DNA of 64,000 nt from Styela clava (lineage: Eukaryota), in assembly GCF_964204865.1 (NCBI RefSeq), contig NC_135250.1:28272001-28336000 (forward strand). The letters are read 5' to 3'. Position numbers and translations under genes: made by a program. The notes beneath the pieces were generated by a model. The model was not told the DNA's origin, did no database searches, and saw nothing but the letters and a program-made list of their open reading frames with translations. Shown here piece after piece: positions 26,136-39,993 of this stretch (positions are counted from its first letter, which is position 1; each line of letters begins with the position of its first letter).

Positions 26136-29100
26136 ATGGCGAAAATCTGCTTTGTAGCAGTAATTTTGCTTGCCGCGACAACATCTGTTAAGGGTAAGTA
26201 CCTCTTGGCTAAATATTTACACCAATATGGTTTTGAATCAAGAATCAAAAACAATGTAATGTGTAGTAATAAAGTATCAACTGCGCATTCTTGTTGGCAT
26301 TTTTGTGCCTCAATTCAAAGATATTATTGAAATAGATTATCGTGTGAAATGAGGCGAAAAATCACCGTTATGTAATAGCGTGGCTAATATTGTGATTATT
26401 ACAGTTATCAAGCAATAAAAAACCAAATATTTTCATGCTGATAGCATAAAAAAATATTTCAAAATTCAAAAATACGTTAAAAATAGGCCCTCTCACTTTG
26501 TTATTTATTGTGCCTCTAAAAATATAAATGCATGTATTTTCTATATACAAAGCTCAAGCAACAGAAAATAATGAACAATGCACTGGTGAAAGCCATGAAA
26601 TAACTTTTGAGGTATGATCTCATTTGCAATATACTTGTTCAAACAAATGCTAAATCTACAGCTACATACATTCCAATGGCAGATAAACATATTCTTCCAA
26701 ATATTAGCTCAAAGCAAGGACACGAACCACCTCAGAAGCAAAGGAGAAATGTTAGGGCGACTACTGATTTACTGCCTAGAGCTTAGATCAACCTTGTATT
26801 AAAACAATATTTATAATTTTTTCAGGCATACAACGAAGAAGGTGAGTAAACCTCTCATATTCTAAAACTAATATTCTAAAACACATGAAGGGGCATCGAA
26901 TTTTTAGGCTTGTTCTGTTAATTACTACACTGAATGTTTTTCATTTTACTCACAAAAAAAGGCTTACAAATAATGGATTAGCACTCCATTGTCATAATAC
27001 GTTGTTTGATTGTATAGTGTGTGGTATTGTATACTTGATTGTATTGTACTAACTGTATTAGCAGTTAAGGTTTGGGAATAGGGAGCCAAATCAAATGTGG
27101 ATTCAGAGTCCGCAGTCAAAACTTAGTGTGAGAGAGTCTAGAGTCGAGAGCATAGATTGAAAGTGAAATGATGAAAACTCAAAGTACGAGCCCAGAATCC
27201 AATCTTGTAGTTTGAGACCCGAGTCAAAATTTGGAGTGGAATGTCTGAAGTCGAATCCTGGATTAGGCGCCTTGAGTCGAATCTTAGATTAGGCGTCTAG
27301 AGTCGAATCTTAGATTAGGCGTCTAGAGTCGAAACCTTAAGTGAACGTCAGGAGTCGAAAAATGTTATCCGGAACCGGAAAGATTTATAATGTCCTGAAG
27401 TAAAATCATACTTTTGTCAAATATACTGCTCTTGTTGAAAAATTCAACAAAATGAATCTCGGAATAAATATGAAATTATTTTAACAGTTACAATAGGTCA
27501 AAGTAAATTTATGGTTTTTCACAACATCTTACAATAACTAAAAATAATATGTAATTAATAGTTATTATTTATGTTATGTTCAGAATTGAGAAAAAAGCTT
27601 GAAGACATCTTTACACCAATTTTAATCAACAACCCAAATGCTGAATTGTCAATTTCTTCGGGATTTGATCGAAATGGTGCAAATAATCCCTCAGTTAGTT
27701 TTTCTACAGAAAACGAAGCAACCGATATCGCTACAACTGACCCGATAACTACCGAGAACCAGGAAAGCCCCTCTGACTTTTCGAATGCAACTAGTGCAAA
27801 CACAAGTCTCGCCACCGCCACAGTCGACCCTTCAACTGTAATTGGCGAGGATACCCTATCAACAGCAGATTTACCAGGTAAGATATTCATAAAAATAAAT
27901 CGGGTTAGTCGAAACTCCATCTTTAATGACGTTAGCAAATCTAGTTACGCTTGTAACAAAACTTGTATTAAGATATATACCCCCCTTCTTTCTATTTTAC
28001 AATTTTACAAATATCATGCTCATTCAAAGAAAGCCCCGTACGCGCAACCGCAGATACATGTATATTCTTTTCCAAAAAAGACCGTAATGGCTTCGGCTCA
28101 AAATTCCTCACCCAATTTATTGTACCCCGGGTTAGGTTGGGAGGAATGCTGCAGTAAAAATTGTTCCTGAATAAATATATAAAAACAAGAACTCAAAGAT
28201 ACTTAAAGAGATATTATTTTTAAAGAATAGCCCCCCCCCCCCCCCTTGTCGCTTCGGTTCAAAATTTCCAGCATAATTTGTGTTACCCTGGGTTAGGTTG
28301 GGAGCTTTGTTGCAATTAAACTGTTTCCGGTTGAATATACAAATCTTTATAAATTTATGACAAGTAACGTCGCTATTTTCTACCTAAGCCTACAAATATA
28401 CTGACAGAAGATACTTGCGATCACTAATGCACTACATACTATATGTACAAATTATATTTTATTTTGTGGAGTACTGAAAAGTGGGTGTTGACACAAGACT
28501 TGGAAAAGTTTAATCTACCGTGTCTGGAAAACCAGCTAGGTCAATATAATTATACAAAACGGTTGTTGTTGTTGTTAAAAAGTTAAAAGGTACTATAAAG
28601 AACCAAGGTACCAAATTCAGAAATAATAGGTTGTATATTTCAGTCTGGCAGGACTGACCATTTTTTTTCATATATGCCTTTTAGAAGCATGCGGTGGTGT
28701 CATATACAACCAAACCTGCTATGAAGCAATTATTCGTGACCGGAGCGTCTATTATCCAAGTGGAGCCAAATCGGCGTGCAAAGCTAAGGGATGGGAGATA
28801 GCTGATATTTATGATGCCTCACATTACGATATTATTGTGAATTACATACTGGAAGAGATTTTGGTTCCCCCTTTTTTTACAAAAATCTACCTGTGGACCG
28901 GGATGACATATAAAGTAAGCTATTTGTATTTATTTTTACTTTTGCTATACCCTCGTATTGAGTTGGGCCATGCTGCAACCAATCGCTTGGGTAAGCTATA
29001 GCCATTATTATTGGGTAATACCATAGAATAGAATACTATTCTAAAAAAACATAAAATACGTGGTAAACTGTCAACTATAAATAAATTGGAGTCGTATTTT

Positions 29101-30136
29101 GCGATTTTGGGAATTGTCAAACTTGATTTGATTTTTTGCACTCGAGATTATTTTTAAGCAAGATATCGCCGTTTGAAAAATCACAAGGTTTGGGCAAACG
29201 ATTGAAATTTATTTCATTGCATGCGGCTCCGTCGGTAGTTTCAGAATGAAAAAAAAAGTACATCGCGCGCACAATTGACTGTGTTTCGATTTCGCAGTTA
29301 CTACAATGAATAACCCAAGAAAACCTAACATAACACCAAATTTTGTGATAAAAGCGTTTTTAATCTGACGTGAGTCTGCTGAAACCCAACTTATGATGTG
29401 ATCTACCATTTCAAGTTATAATATTTTAGAATGCCGTTTTTCAATCAATAAATTTGAGCTGCGGATTTACAAGATTGCTGATTTAAAAGATTCGACCCCT
29501 AATTTATCAAAATGTTTGTCAAGTGTCAAATTTACAGTTTTAGTATATATATAGTATCTTTGAAATTTAGATTTATTTATGACTTGTATTACCTCTATTA
29601 AAAAGGTTAAGCATTTAAATTAAGTAAAAAATTTTACCTTACCCCAAAATGTTAATTAATCGGAAAGTAACAATTTTAACATTTTTTGAGGCGTTCCGTG
29701 AATAATAATCAACCTTTTCAAGGGCTCCGCAACACCAAAAGTTTGAGAACCCCTGCCCTATATAACTATCAAGCTTTATATTTTATAAGAACTATTACAC
29801 TTGTTATTCAACATTATTTAATATAAATAGGGTAAGTTTTGTTACCTAGGAGACCAACATTCTTCTGCAGAAATGGAATGTGCTCTATTTACGATCTAAT
29901 CTGCATATTACTTATAGTGCTCAATTACTTATATTTAGGAAAATCAAGTCGTGCTTTCTACAGGTCGAAATATCACCCTACCGGATCGAGTATGGTGCTC
30001 GGATTGTCCTCATAAAAATGACGCTTCATTTTTTCACATACGAATTTGGGTTGATTACAGCCCGGTAATAGCATTTGGAGGTCTTCAAAACTGGCGGGAT
30101 GTCCGTATTCGCGGAGTTCTTTGTCGAATACCCTGA
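26136..30136 (+). CDS. L1: secreted protein with mucin-like stalk and C-type-lectin-like domain (about 284 aa)
   Basis: Exons 26136-26193, 26553-26611, 26826-26841, 27584-27877, 28685-28914, 29939-30136; open frame (an alternative in-frame ATG lies at 26118). Signal MAKICFVAVILLAATTSVKA; S/T-rich stalk; CGGVIYNQTCY...SAC...LWTGM...GVLC pattern of a CTLD-like fold. Confidence 0.85.
27080..27360. repeat. Degenerate GAGTCG-motif tandem repeat in L1 intron 3
   Basis: Roughly 26-bp period, clearest as GAGTCGAATCTTAGATTAGGCGTCTA at about 27248-27332. Related CGACTCC runs at 15715-15770 and 21000-21050. Confidence 0.7.
28088..28340. repeat. Two-copy diverged direct repeat, about 160-bp period, with a poly-C tract
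   Basis: GCTTCGG(C/T)TCAAAATT...ACCC(C/T)GGGTTAGGTTGGGAG at about 28090 and 28251; C-run at 28231-28245. Confidence 0.6.
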
Positions 30137-31821
30137 GTTACCATCTAGCTACACTTGAACTTCTCCCGAAGCCTATAAAAGAGTTGATATAAACTAATTT
30201 CCTCATTTACCTTTTGTTATTGATTTGATATCGAAAACGTAAAAAACAAATCAATGAATGTACATGTAAGCAATCACACCTGTTTTGATTCAGCAAATAG
30301 TTAAAATCCGTGGTGGTTACCTAATAGATCACTAAACCAATTTTTTTCAATAAATTGGCTTCAATTAACTTATTTCTATCTAAACACAATAATTTTTTAT
30401 TGGTTCCAATTTTAAAAAAGCAACAGCTTGATACTCTTTGTATGTATGAATTAAATTTCTGTTAATTTATTCTGTTTTTATTTATGACTTGACTTATTTT
30501 TTTGCTTGTTTAATATTCTTTACCGTCACTTCTCATATAGTGATATCTAGTGTATATCGTGTTAATTGTGCAACTCCAAGTTTGCTATTCTGCACAATCA
30601 AATTCAAGAATATTTTCAATTTAATAGTAATAATTACCATTTTATTACCGGTTAACAAGTGAAAATATAGTAAATCTCAATGTTTATCAATCATTCCTTA
30701 AAACCTTTGTTCAGGCTGAATAAAAAAAATATTCCATATTTTACCGGTTTTAATTTTGCAAAACCAAAGAGATTATTTCATACAATGTGAATGAGATAAT
30801 TGTATTTTGGAATTTTATAATTTTATATAGTTTTTTGTTTTCCTATTATCTTTTGAGTTGCACAGACTGCAATAAACTTGTAAATATTTAAAAGGTGGGA
30901 ATACTTTAAATGTTAATGTGTTTTCATAGAAAGTATTTCAAAGAAAGGTCACTGGAACGCGCATAAAAGTAAAAGAAACTCATTTTGTTCGACCCTATCA
31001 ACTTGGTCTTCTTCAAGTACCAAGTCAGTTCGTATTTATTGATGTGTAATTCTGCGCTTTAATTCTTCATAGTATCAGGAGCTCATGACGCTCTGGTGGT
31101 GGTCTGTAACTTTGCACAGAGATTAGTCTCCTTTCTGAGTGATGGGCGTGAGCAAATTCTTTATATATTAATAAAGAAAATAGCGTGAAATTAAATAATA
31201 GTAAATATTAGACATAGTTTAATAAAAAACAAATGATCTTGTTTATTAGTAATCAAACTGACAAAACAATTGATAGAACGTTAATCCATTAGAATAGGTA
31301 TCGTCATATTTTGAAACTAAGACAAAGGCGTTTGAATGCAGAAACATCAATTTCCATATTAAATAAACATCTTTTATTTTGCTCGCTTTTATATTGATAT
31401 ATGTAGCAAACCAAACGCAATACTTATTTTTTAATTTTATTTATATTTAGTAATTTTATTTTTGTTTGTGCTTTTTTACCTTGAAGGCATGGCATTATGA
31501 ACGAATAAAGAAGGGCTTAATTAAAGTAGTGCTTATCTAATGTTGTCGGTTTTACTATTCCACGAGATCAGCCTACGTTATTCGAATGCTCTTTACTTGT
31601 GCAGAATTAGAGTAAAATATAAATAGTTCATATAATAGTTCAAATTACAATACCCATGAAGTGAATTTGAAAATACTGTATATAGTATAACGAAGTCGTT
31701 CTTAGACTTTCATGATCAATCGCCTATTCACAAAGTCTTTCACAAAGACTATGACTTGTGACCTTTCGCCATTTATTAAAAATAACTAGTTTTAGTTTTA
31801 ACAAGTTTTTATCAATTAAAC

Positions 31822-32710
31822 CAAGGTGGTCCAAACAGCGGCCTGCTGACACATTCCGTGCGCCCGCAGAACAATTTTAACGTGCACTAATAAACCATTG
31901 GCAGATATTTGTATTTATTAGCAGAACAATTTTGATTTATTTTTAAACTATTCCAACTGGTAATAGTCCTTTTCTTAATCCCGATGTCGGAACTAATGTT
32001 TGTTAAAATCACGGAATTTCATTGTTGTATCTACACACGTCAAAACGGTGGGTATATGGGGATGATGTCCTGTGATTGGTAAAAGGAGAATGAATTGTTT
32101 TGTGCAGACAGGACCAAGCCGATGAGATGAGCTCGCGTCAAGTACCTCCTCATTTGAAGAGACGTTTTGTGCCTTTATTTTAGTCAGAAAACTCCTATAT
32201 TTTCAAGCATTTGCCATGTGACAGCAATGACGAACCGCAGGGCTGACTTAGCGCAGTGCGATCCAGTTTTTATTTATATCTGGGTCCGAGGTCGACGGAC
32301 TTGGTTGTTTTTTGACGTAGGCCTGCTGCTCACGCTACAAGTAATAAATTCATCATACAATGAGTGTATGAAAAAAGTGATTAAAGTGAACGTATTTTCT
32401 TACCCACAACAACGTTACACCACAGTGTCTGGTGTGTTTCCAAGTAATATCTGTCACGGAAGAATATAATTTTGAGCGACATCACCAAACCAAACACGAG
32501 AAAAGATCCCCAAAAAACCATGTTTTTTTTTCAGGAAGCAATTCTAAAATAACGAAAGGCTTTATATATTTACCTTGAAAAACTGATTAGAACAACAAAC
32601 TTAAATGTTTTTAAATGTTTTGATCACTTTTGGGTTTTTCCGACTGAGGCCCGCGAGACCGCCTCAAAAGTTTTTGCGGCCCTTCAACCTCGCAACCTTG
32701 GACCACCCTG
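31822..32710. mobile_element. Non-autonomous hAT element, about 890 bp
   Basis: TIR CAAGGTGGTCCAA / TTGGACCACCCTG, subterminal GCGGCC/GGCCCGC motifs, decayed TSD AATTAAAC/TGTTGAAC. Confidence 0.7.
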
Positions 32711-35242
32711 TGTTGAACTATATTCGTTTTAATAATGTAACGATATAAAACTGAAGAAATTAAATACATTACAATTAAAAACTAAACTTTTCACAGTTAA
32801 ATTATTTTAAATCAATATTGTCATCGCTTATGAAAAACTTTTGCCCGCGTCCCCCGGAGAATGCTCCATGGCACAATGGGAGGCAATGAGCCTAGTTTGG
32901 GAAACTCTGGTTTATGCAAGCTGAATGTTGGAATTAACGATTAAAATGTTAAATGAGTTCATCACGCTTCAATTGCGTTAATATTAGAAATAACTAAGAT
33001 TGAAAACATATTTGAATGCAGTACTGCATTTGGTATAATGTAACAAAGATAAGACCTTAATTTAATAATACAAAATTTTGTAATATTTATAAAAACGCAA
33101 CATAGAAATTTGACAAGAATAGTGACTGGCCCAGTGGTGGTCGGAATTCTAGAACGGGTTCTATTTTGTATCGACACTAACAACAGGTTCTCGCATTTCC
33201 GAAAAAATATATGTTTTTTACTATGCGAGCTTCTTCAACATGACACGCGTATCATAAATCTAATATATAAAACTCTGCATAGAACGCCAGTTGTCATCTG
33301 CGGTGCACAGGGGGATCCGCTAGCTGTTACGGTCTAACTTGGCAATTATAAATTTCGGACCTTCCCCCCTTGAAAATTTCTGGCTACTCCTCTGGCGGTG
33401 CATGTAACCTTTTTTGGCTCCAACCTTTATAAACTGTAACAAAATAGACAAAAAAAGATTCGCAGATTATCACACCATTTTCACGAACTTCCTAAATTGC
33501 AACACTGGTCTAATAACATCGGGAATTGTGATTAAAGTTTCATTTAACCAGCTATTGATGTAAGATGGAATACTGAACGTCATCACCTCTGGTTGCTGGT
33601 ATTTAAGTATACTCATTAACTATTGCAAAAGCAGAGTAATTATAAGTAGACCCGCGATATAAGTGTTGGAAGCGATCAAGACGTGTTGAAAGCTGAACTT
33701 GAGATTTCCATAGTATAGAAAATGTTGACGATTTTAAAACATGTATAGTGAATATTTGCAGCATTTTGATCGACACGAAGTGAATCGTTTTGCTAAATTT
33801 TTGTTGTTGTTGTTGTTGTGAGAATAACCTTTCTCCGTCAATATTGCCCCGTCAACTTCAAAATTGTAGTACTTAAAGAGGGATGAATCTGCCAAAATCT
33901 ACGTATATACGCATTAAAAGTTACATGATGCGAGTTAGTTCACTACATTATATTGTATATTCGCGCATCGAATTTAAATAGGAAGTTCAATGCTTTCTCA
34001 TGCGAGATGGCGAGTATAATACTCTTTGTGAGTTTTTATATCTAATTTATTTTTTTAATATCTTTTAAAAGGTACAGTCTGATATAGTGGCATAGTAGAA
34101 TTAATGTGGGAATTGGGTCATTGTCGCCAAAATCTGAAATTTATAAATTGCGCATTCAACTCATACAAATATAATAACGCATTATAATAGCAAAAAAACA
34201 GCGAGTCTCATGCTAAATGAATGGGGGTTTTGTTAGCGTTTATATTACACCTAACCGAAATCGACCTGCTATTGAAAGGTACATGTCGTTGAATTCAAAA
34301 ATACTTTTCATTATTATTCTTGTTGTTATGACTGTTGTTTTTTAAATATTTCACATTTCCCCTGGAACATGATGGTTCACCCAAAAATATAGTGTTTTAT
34401 ATTAATTACAGTAGAACATATTTTCATTCCGCTAAGCCTTTTCACCGATCTTTTCAGCAAAATTCTCACTTCATCGATATCGACGTGCGGCCTACGTGTC
34501 TTTATATTTGAGTTTTATTCTCCTATTGATTACATAAACATTTCCTTTGGCATCCATGATTTAGCACATTTTATAGCTCATTATATAACTTGTAGTTTAT
34601 GACTATCATAGCCGAAGATCATTTCAAAATGTTTTTAATATTTTACTCATGCCTATGCGTTTACACGTTTACTCTGTGAATTCACACCTGGTCAACCCCA
34701 AGGGATTTTTGGAATGTGGTAATTAGTGAGTTCAATCGAATGCAAGTTACATAGTTTGAGTGTGTATAAAGGCCACTTCCGCTTGCATTCGGGTGTCAAA
34801 TTTTAATTGAATTTCGGTTCATCTCATTAGTGGAATTTTAATCATAGAATTACTCACAAAATGCAAAAAACTCAGAAAACTAGTAACAGATAGCTCGCTT
34901 TCTTGGACAATATTTTAAGAAGATGACACGCGATACAATCCATCCATACAGGCACTCTTATACGCTTATGTAAAACATGGGTCTAGTACAGTAAACAGTG
35001 TAGACATGACTCTTGTTATTTACTTTATGTTTTATTACCTTGTGATTCATTTAATTATGTGTAGTATTTTTAGCAGCAACCTACTTTAGAATTATACAAC
35101 GGTTGACAGTCAAAACAGTAGAGATGAACCTGTATAGCAGTGGATTGCTAATCTAACAAACCGGGATAGCTGGTAGCATCTAAGTACCAGCACAAAGCAT
35201 AATAGTGTGTTGCAATTCCTAGTTGAAAGTCTCAATACGAAG

Positions 35243-38128
35243 ATGAGATTGATCTTTCCTATTTGGCTTGCACTACTAGCACTAGTCATTGGTAAGTGAA
35301 TATGTTTACTTGCTTATAATATGTAGAAGCATGTAGGATTGTTATCAAGACTTTCGAAACAAAAATGCTCATTTTATATTGCGGGTTAGTCATTTTATTC
35401 CTAATATCGATATTTTCTCGCACATCTTGCTTAAAAACAACTTTCTTAACAAATTGGAGTTAATGTTAGATAAATATTTTAAAAATAATCTAATTTATGA
35501 ACAACAAGGATTATAAAACAAATTTTTCTCATATGGCGTTGAAAATATCAATTTTGTTAATTAAACACGAAGTGGAATTAATGTTTTCGTTATTACTTGA
35601 AATTTCGATTTGTTGAAAATTGTTGTTGTCGATAGAAGACTATTATTTATTAAAAAAAATTCTGTGGGCTTCATGGAATTCCTCTTGCTCTGAATATTTG
35701 TGTGATTATGTCATCAAGATCTATAATTGTCCGACTGTGTGACTGATTCGCAATTGCATTTTAGCAATTTGGAGGTCAACGGAGTGGAGAGTTGTTTGAT
35801 AAAAAAAGAATAAGGGTATCGGTGCTGTAGAAGATTTTGTGATAATTCTTTGATTTGGTCTTAGCGTTCATATATTTGAGCATTAATCTCTTGTTTTCTT
35901 AATTAAGAATGCACGACGGTGGAAATATATTGATATTACATCATGTCAATCTTACATATATTTTTTTATAATTATAGCTGAACCTACTCCAGATGAAGAA
36001 AAATGCGATATAGAAACAACTCATGAAAAAATTATTGAGGCAAGTCGAATATATATTACATCAAGTTGAAACCATAGGCTAACATCACAGATATAAACAA
36101 ATTTTTTTCTGGTTTACTTTGCATGATCAAATTTGGTAAAAATAAATCTAAATCTGAAAATATCCTAAAACAATAAAACTATTATCTATATTTCTGAGAT
36201 TTTATTTATAAGCAAGCATTTGTAATGTTTTTCTCAAATATTATGATTTGTGCAATCAATTTTATGGTAAATTTCTTAAATTTCAAGTTAATCTTAACTT
36301 AAAGATTTATTTTGTCTTTTCAGGGCTTCGGTGGAGAAGGTAAATGCACTTTAAAGTTATAAAAGTTTAGAGTATCTGAAATAGCTCAAACCACTGAATA
36401 CCTTATAAAATTCAAAAATTATTAAATAATTTATACAATATAGATAGTAACAGTGAGGATGCAATAGGCCATGGGGACAGAAAGAGTACATCTTCTACGT
36501 TGTCGTATCACGTATTGGAATATTTATTTATCTATTTATCTTACCCAGGGTTGTATGGATTGATTGAAAAGATCATAGATGCACATATTTTTTTGTAAAC
36601 CTTAATGGCAACCTGTAAACCTGAATAAGATGCATTGGCTGGCTGCACATCCGCTTTAACTCAAATTTGCAACTATCGTTTAGTGGGAATTGCTTTGAAT
36701 CAAGTAAACGCGCATTCAATATGAGGTAAAGAGGACATGAGTTAGACAATAATAAAAACAAATCAACGATTATTTTGCTAATGCGCGACAATGTATATTT
36801 TTCAAATATGGAATATTATAGTTCAAAATTCATTTAATAAAACTTTCAGCATAGTTATACTGTAAATGTAAGTCTTCTTTTTTTGTTCACTTTAAGAACT
36901 TCGAAATAAGTTGGAAGAAATCTTGACTCCAATTTTGATGAACAATCCGAATGCTGAATTGAAAATTTCGACTTTTATCGACGACGAATACATCACCCAG
37001 CCAACTGAGATTTTTCCTATTCGGTCAAGTAAAACCGTCCCTAGCAAGACATTGAGTGAATCTACAACAAAGCATCCTACCACACCACCTGAAATCACAG
37101 ATAGAACTACTGACCCAACAGGAGAGACAATGAATCCTACTTCACCTGGTAAACAAATAACTAAATCACAACTAAATTGGGTAGCTAATGATGAATCGGA
37201 TAGATTTTTGTAATAGTAGCTACAGAACTAAAAGTGGGTTCACGTACAGAGCCCTATAAAAGTTCTAAATACCTTAAATTACATACTTAATGAAACGCAG
37301 GTTACGTTTGATAATAATGTTATTATGATTACCTAGCTAAAATAATTTAACAATATAAATGATGACAATATTGATCTTTTCGACTTTTTTTAGATAACTG
37401 CAATTTGATCTATGAGAATAGCTGCCTCCATGTAATTGTTGTTAATAATGAAATAAATTTCGACATGGCCACGCAGCAATGCACAGCCAATGGTATGAAA
37501 TTGGGGAATATCTACGATACTGCTCACTTCAACTCGGTTGTAAACTACTTTCGTACGAACTTCTTGACTGGCATTACATATAATTACATTGACATTTGGA
37601 CTGGAATGACTATCAATAATGCAAGTATTTTATTGGGTATTCAAAAAAAGTTGCAAGGAATAATAAAAATAAATTATAGTTACAAACAAGCGCGGATAGC
37701 TAAAAATCAAAGTAATCCACAAATTTTAGGTAAAAGCCGGTAGATACCATAATTTACACGTCAATTTAATTATTTCGGGAAAAAATGGCTGGGGAAAGGG
37801 TGTGAGTAAAACAAATCAGCTAAGCTGTACTAATTAAGTTTAAATAAATAAAAATTTCAATTTCGTAGCTAAAATATCGGAAATAAATTTATTCGTCTAA
37901 TTGATCATTATTTTATTGAAGGTTAGCGGAAGAAAAATTATTCTCACAACCGGAAAAGAAATTGGACTTCCACATTGGCTTGAAAATCCGTCCGCGGCTT
38001 CGACATACAAAAATATAGCACTCCGAATTAATAAAAATGCTGGATCTACAAATAGTGGCATTTTCAACAAACCTCCAAGTGGATTACTAAGCGGGGCGCT
38101 TTGTGAAAAGCCGAAAGATCTTTTTTGA
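35243..38128 (+). CDS. L2: secreted mucin-stalk C-type-lectin-like protein (about 270 aa)
   Basis: Exons 35243-35291, 35978-36039 (GC donor), 36324-36339, 36897-37148, 37394-37620 (GC donor), 37922-38128. Signal MRLIFPIWLALLALVIA; ELRNKLEEILTPILMNNPNAEL is paralogous to L1; IWTGM; GALC. Confidence 0.82.
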
Positions 38129-39993
38129 AAAACCTTGCTCGTGTTTAAACATCAATGCTGCTTACAGAAAAATAGATGTCAATAGATCTATGTCTAGATT
38201 TCTATCGAATATTTTTTAAAAATAAATTTTAATTTTTCTCGCTCATTTTTTCTGAAAACTATATAATTTATTTGTTCATTCTTAAGTTGCTATCTATAAT
38301 AAAGATAATAGTTTTTATGTTAGTTCGTTAAATTCTATTTTAACACTATATTTATTTCCTGGGTCAACGACACACAACTGACTGTTGAATAATAATCAGC
38401 AAAACATTTTAATGTGAACGATATAAAGCAATCATACTTTATAATTTTTTGAAGTTTCGATTCCGGGCCCTATCTATGTGATATGGGGAAGTAAATATCT
38501 TCTTCCTAAGACCCGTTAATCTCGAAGAGATATCGATATTGATTCATTTCTATTTTATACGCGACATACACACGCTTTCCGCTATGTAAAAGTCCCTGTG
38601 CAAAAAGCTACATATATCTCAAAATAAATGTTGTTTGGAAAGACCAGAATGTTTCAGGATACAAGACTTCCTACTTTCCTTTTATATGTTGGTGTAAATT
38701 GATCTACATTTCGATTTTTTTTATATTTTGATTAGTATGTTATTGTTAGACGGTTTTTATTTATGTCAAGAGGTGTTACATGCTTGAAAGAGCACCATGG
38801 TTTACAATCGGGCCGTTGTTGAAATTGGTTGACTGGTTGAAATCCACCGCGCTATTTTTTGGATGCATACCATACCTGTGAAAGAAATCTTTTTATCTTA
38901 TACTTCAAAATGTTTTGTTTGAATTTTCTAATGAATTAATAAAACTGAACAAAAACTGTATTAAAGCAGTCTGTTTTTCCAAATCATGCCGGATAGGCCT
39001 AAAGAAATTTAAAAAAAGGGAAAAAAGTCAAAATCATGTTTTCTTTCATTTTCAAATTTGTATGCGACCAATTAAACATCAAAAATAATAGAGAAATGCT
39101 TTACGCTAGGTTTGAATCACCCTGTGAGCACTTTTTCGTGTGATACATTTTCACTCAGAACAAGGCTATTTACAATCATCCAATTATATGTTAATTGTTA
39201 CCAATTCATTAGTTAATTTTTACCTTGCTCAACGCAAGGCCAAGCGCAGTCACCTAGAATGATATAAGCCACATTTAACACAAGTTGGAGCGTAATTAAG
39301 CCAAACAAACATTTGAAGCGTGGTTGAATTGGAATTATGACATATATTAGTGGTAAAAATTTGCAATTGGTGTCAAATCATTTTAAAAATTTATAGTTTT
39401 TCAATCTGCTTTTCCACGGTATTTTGAGGATAATAATTTTCACTTTTTGCCTAAAAATCATCAATGGATTTGTGTACTAGAGCTAGTTGCGTAAAGGCAA
39501 TATAGCATTATGAAAAGGATCGTCAGATGACCCGTTTTGCCTACGGACGTTATCGCTCATTAAAATGCACCACACAAGGAAGTCACTGACAATATTACTC
39601 ATATGATCATGTATAGACCATGCTTACTCGTGTATAATAAAAGTAGTGTCTGAGCCCGTATCTCATCTGCGTTCAAGTAAGATTGATATGTGTTATTCAC
39701 CGAATGAATAAGACATCTTAAATCGAGCATAGTCAAGATGAAACGCTGTTTTTATTATGATTTAAATAATTACAAATTTTATTCTGCCCACGCATGAGTG
39801 ATAGAATTATAATAAACATTATAGTTGCGTTGTTATGCTGCCGTGAAAAGGTTTCAATATATGAAAATTTGTGACGTAATATGACTCTTTTAAACGTGTG
39901 GAAACTTTTAATAAATTATTTGTTCTGTGGGCTTGATAGCTTATATAGGTAGATGTAATTGTGAAGTGGCATACAAAAAAGTCTAATAGAAAA

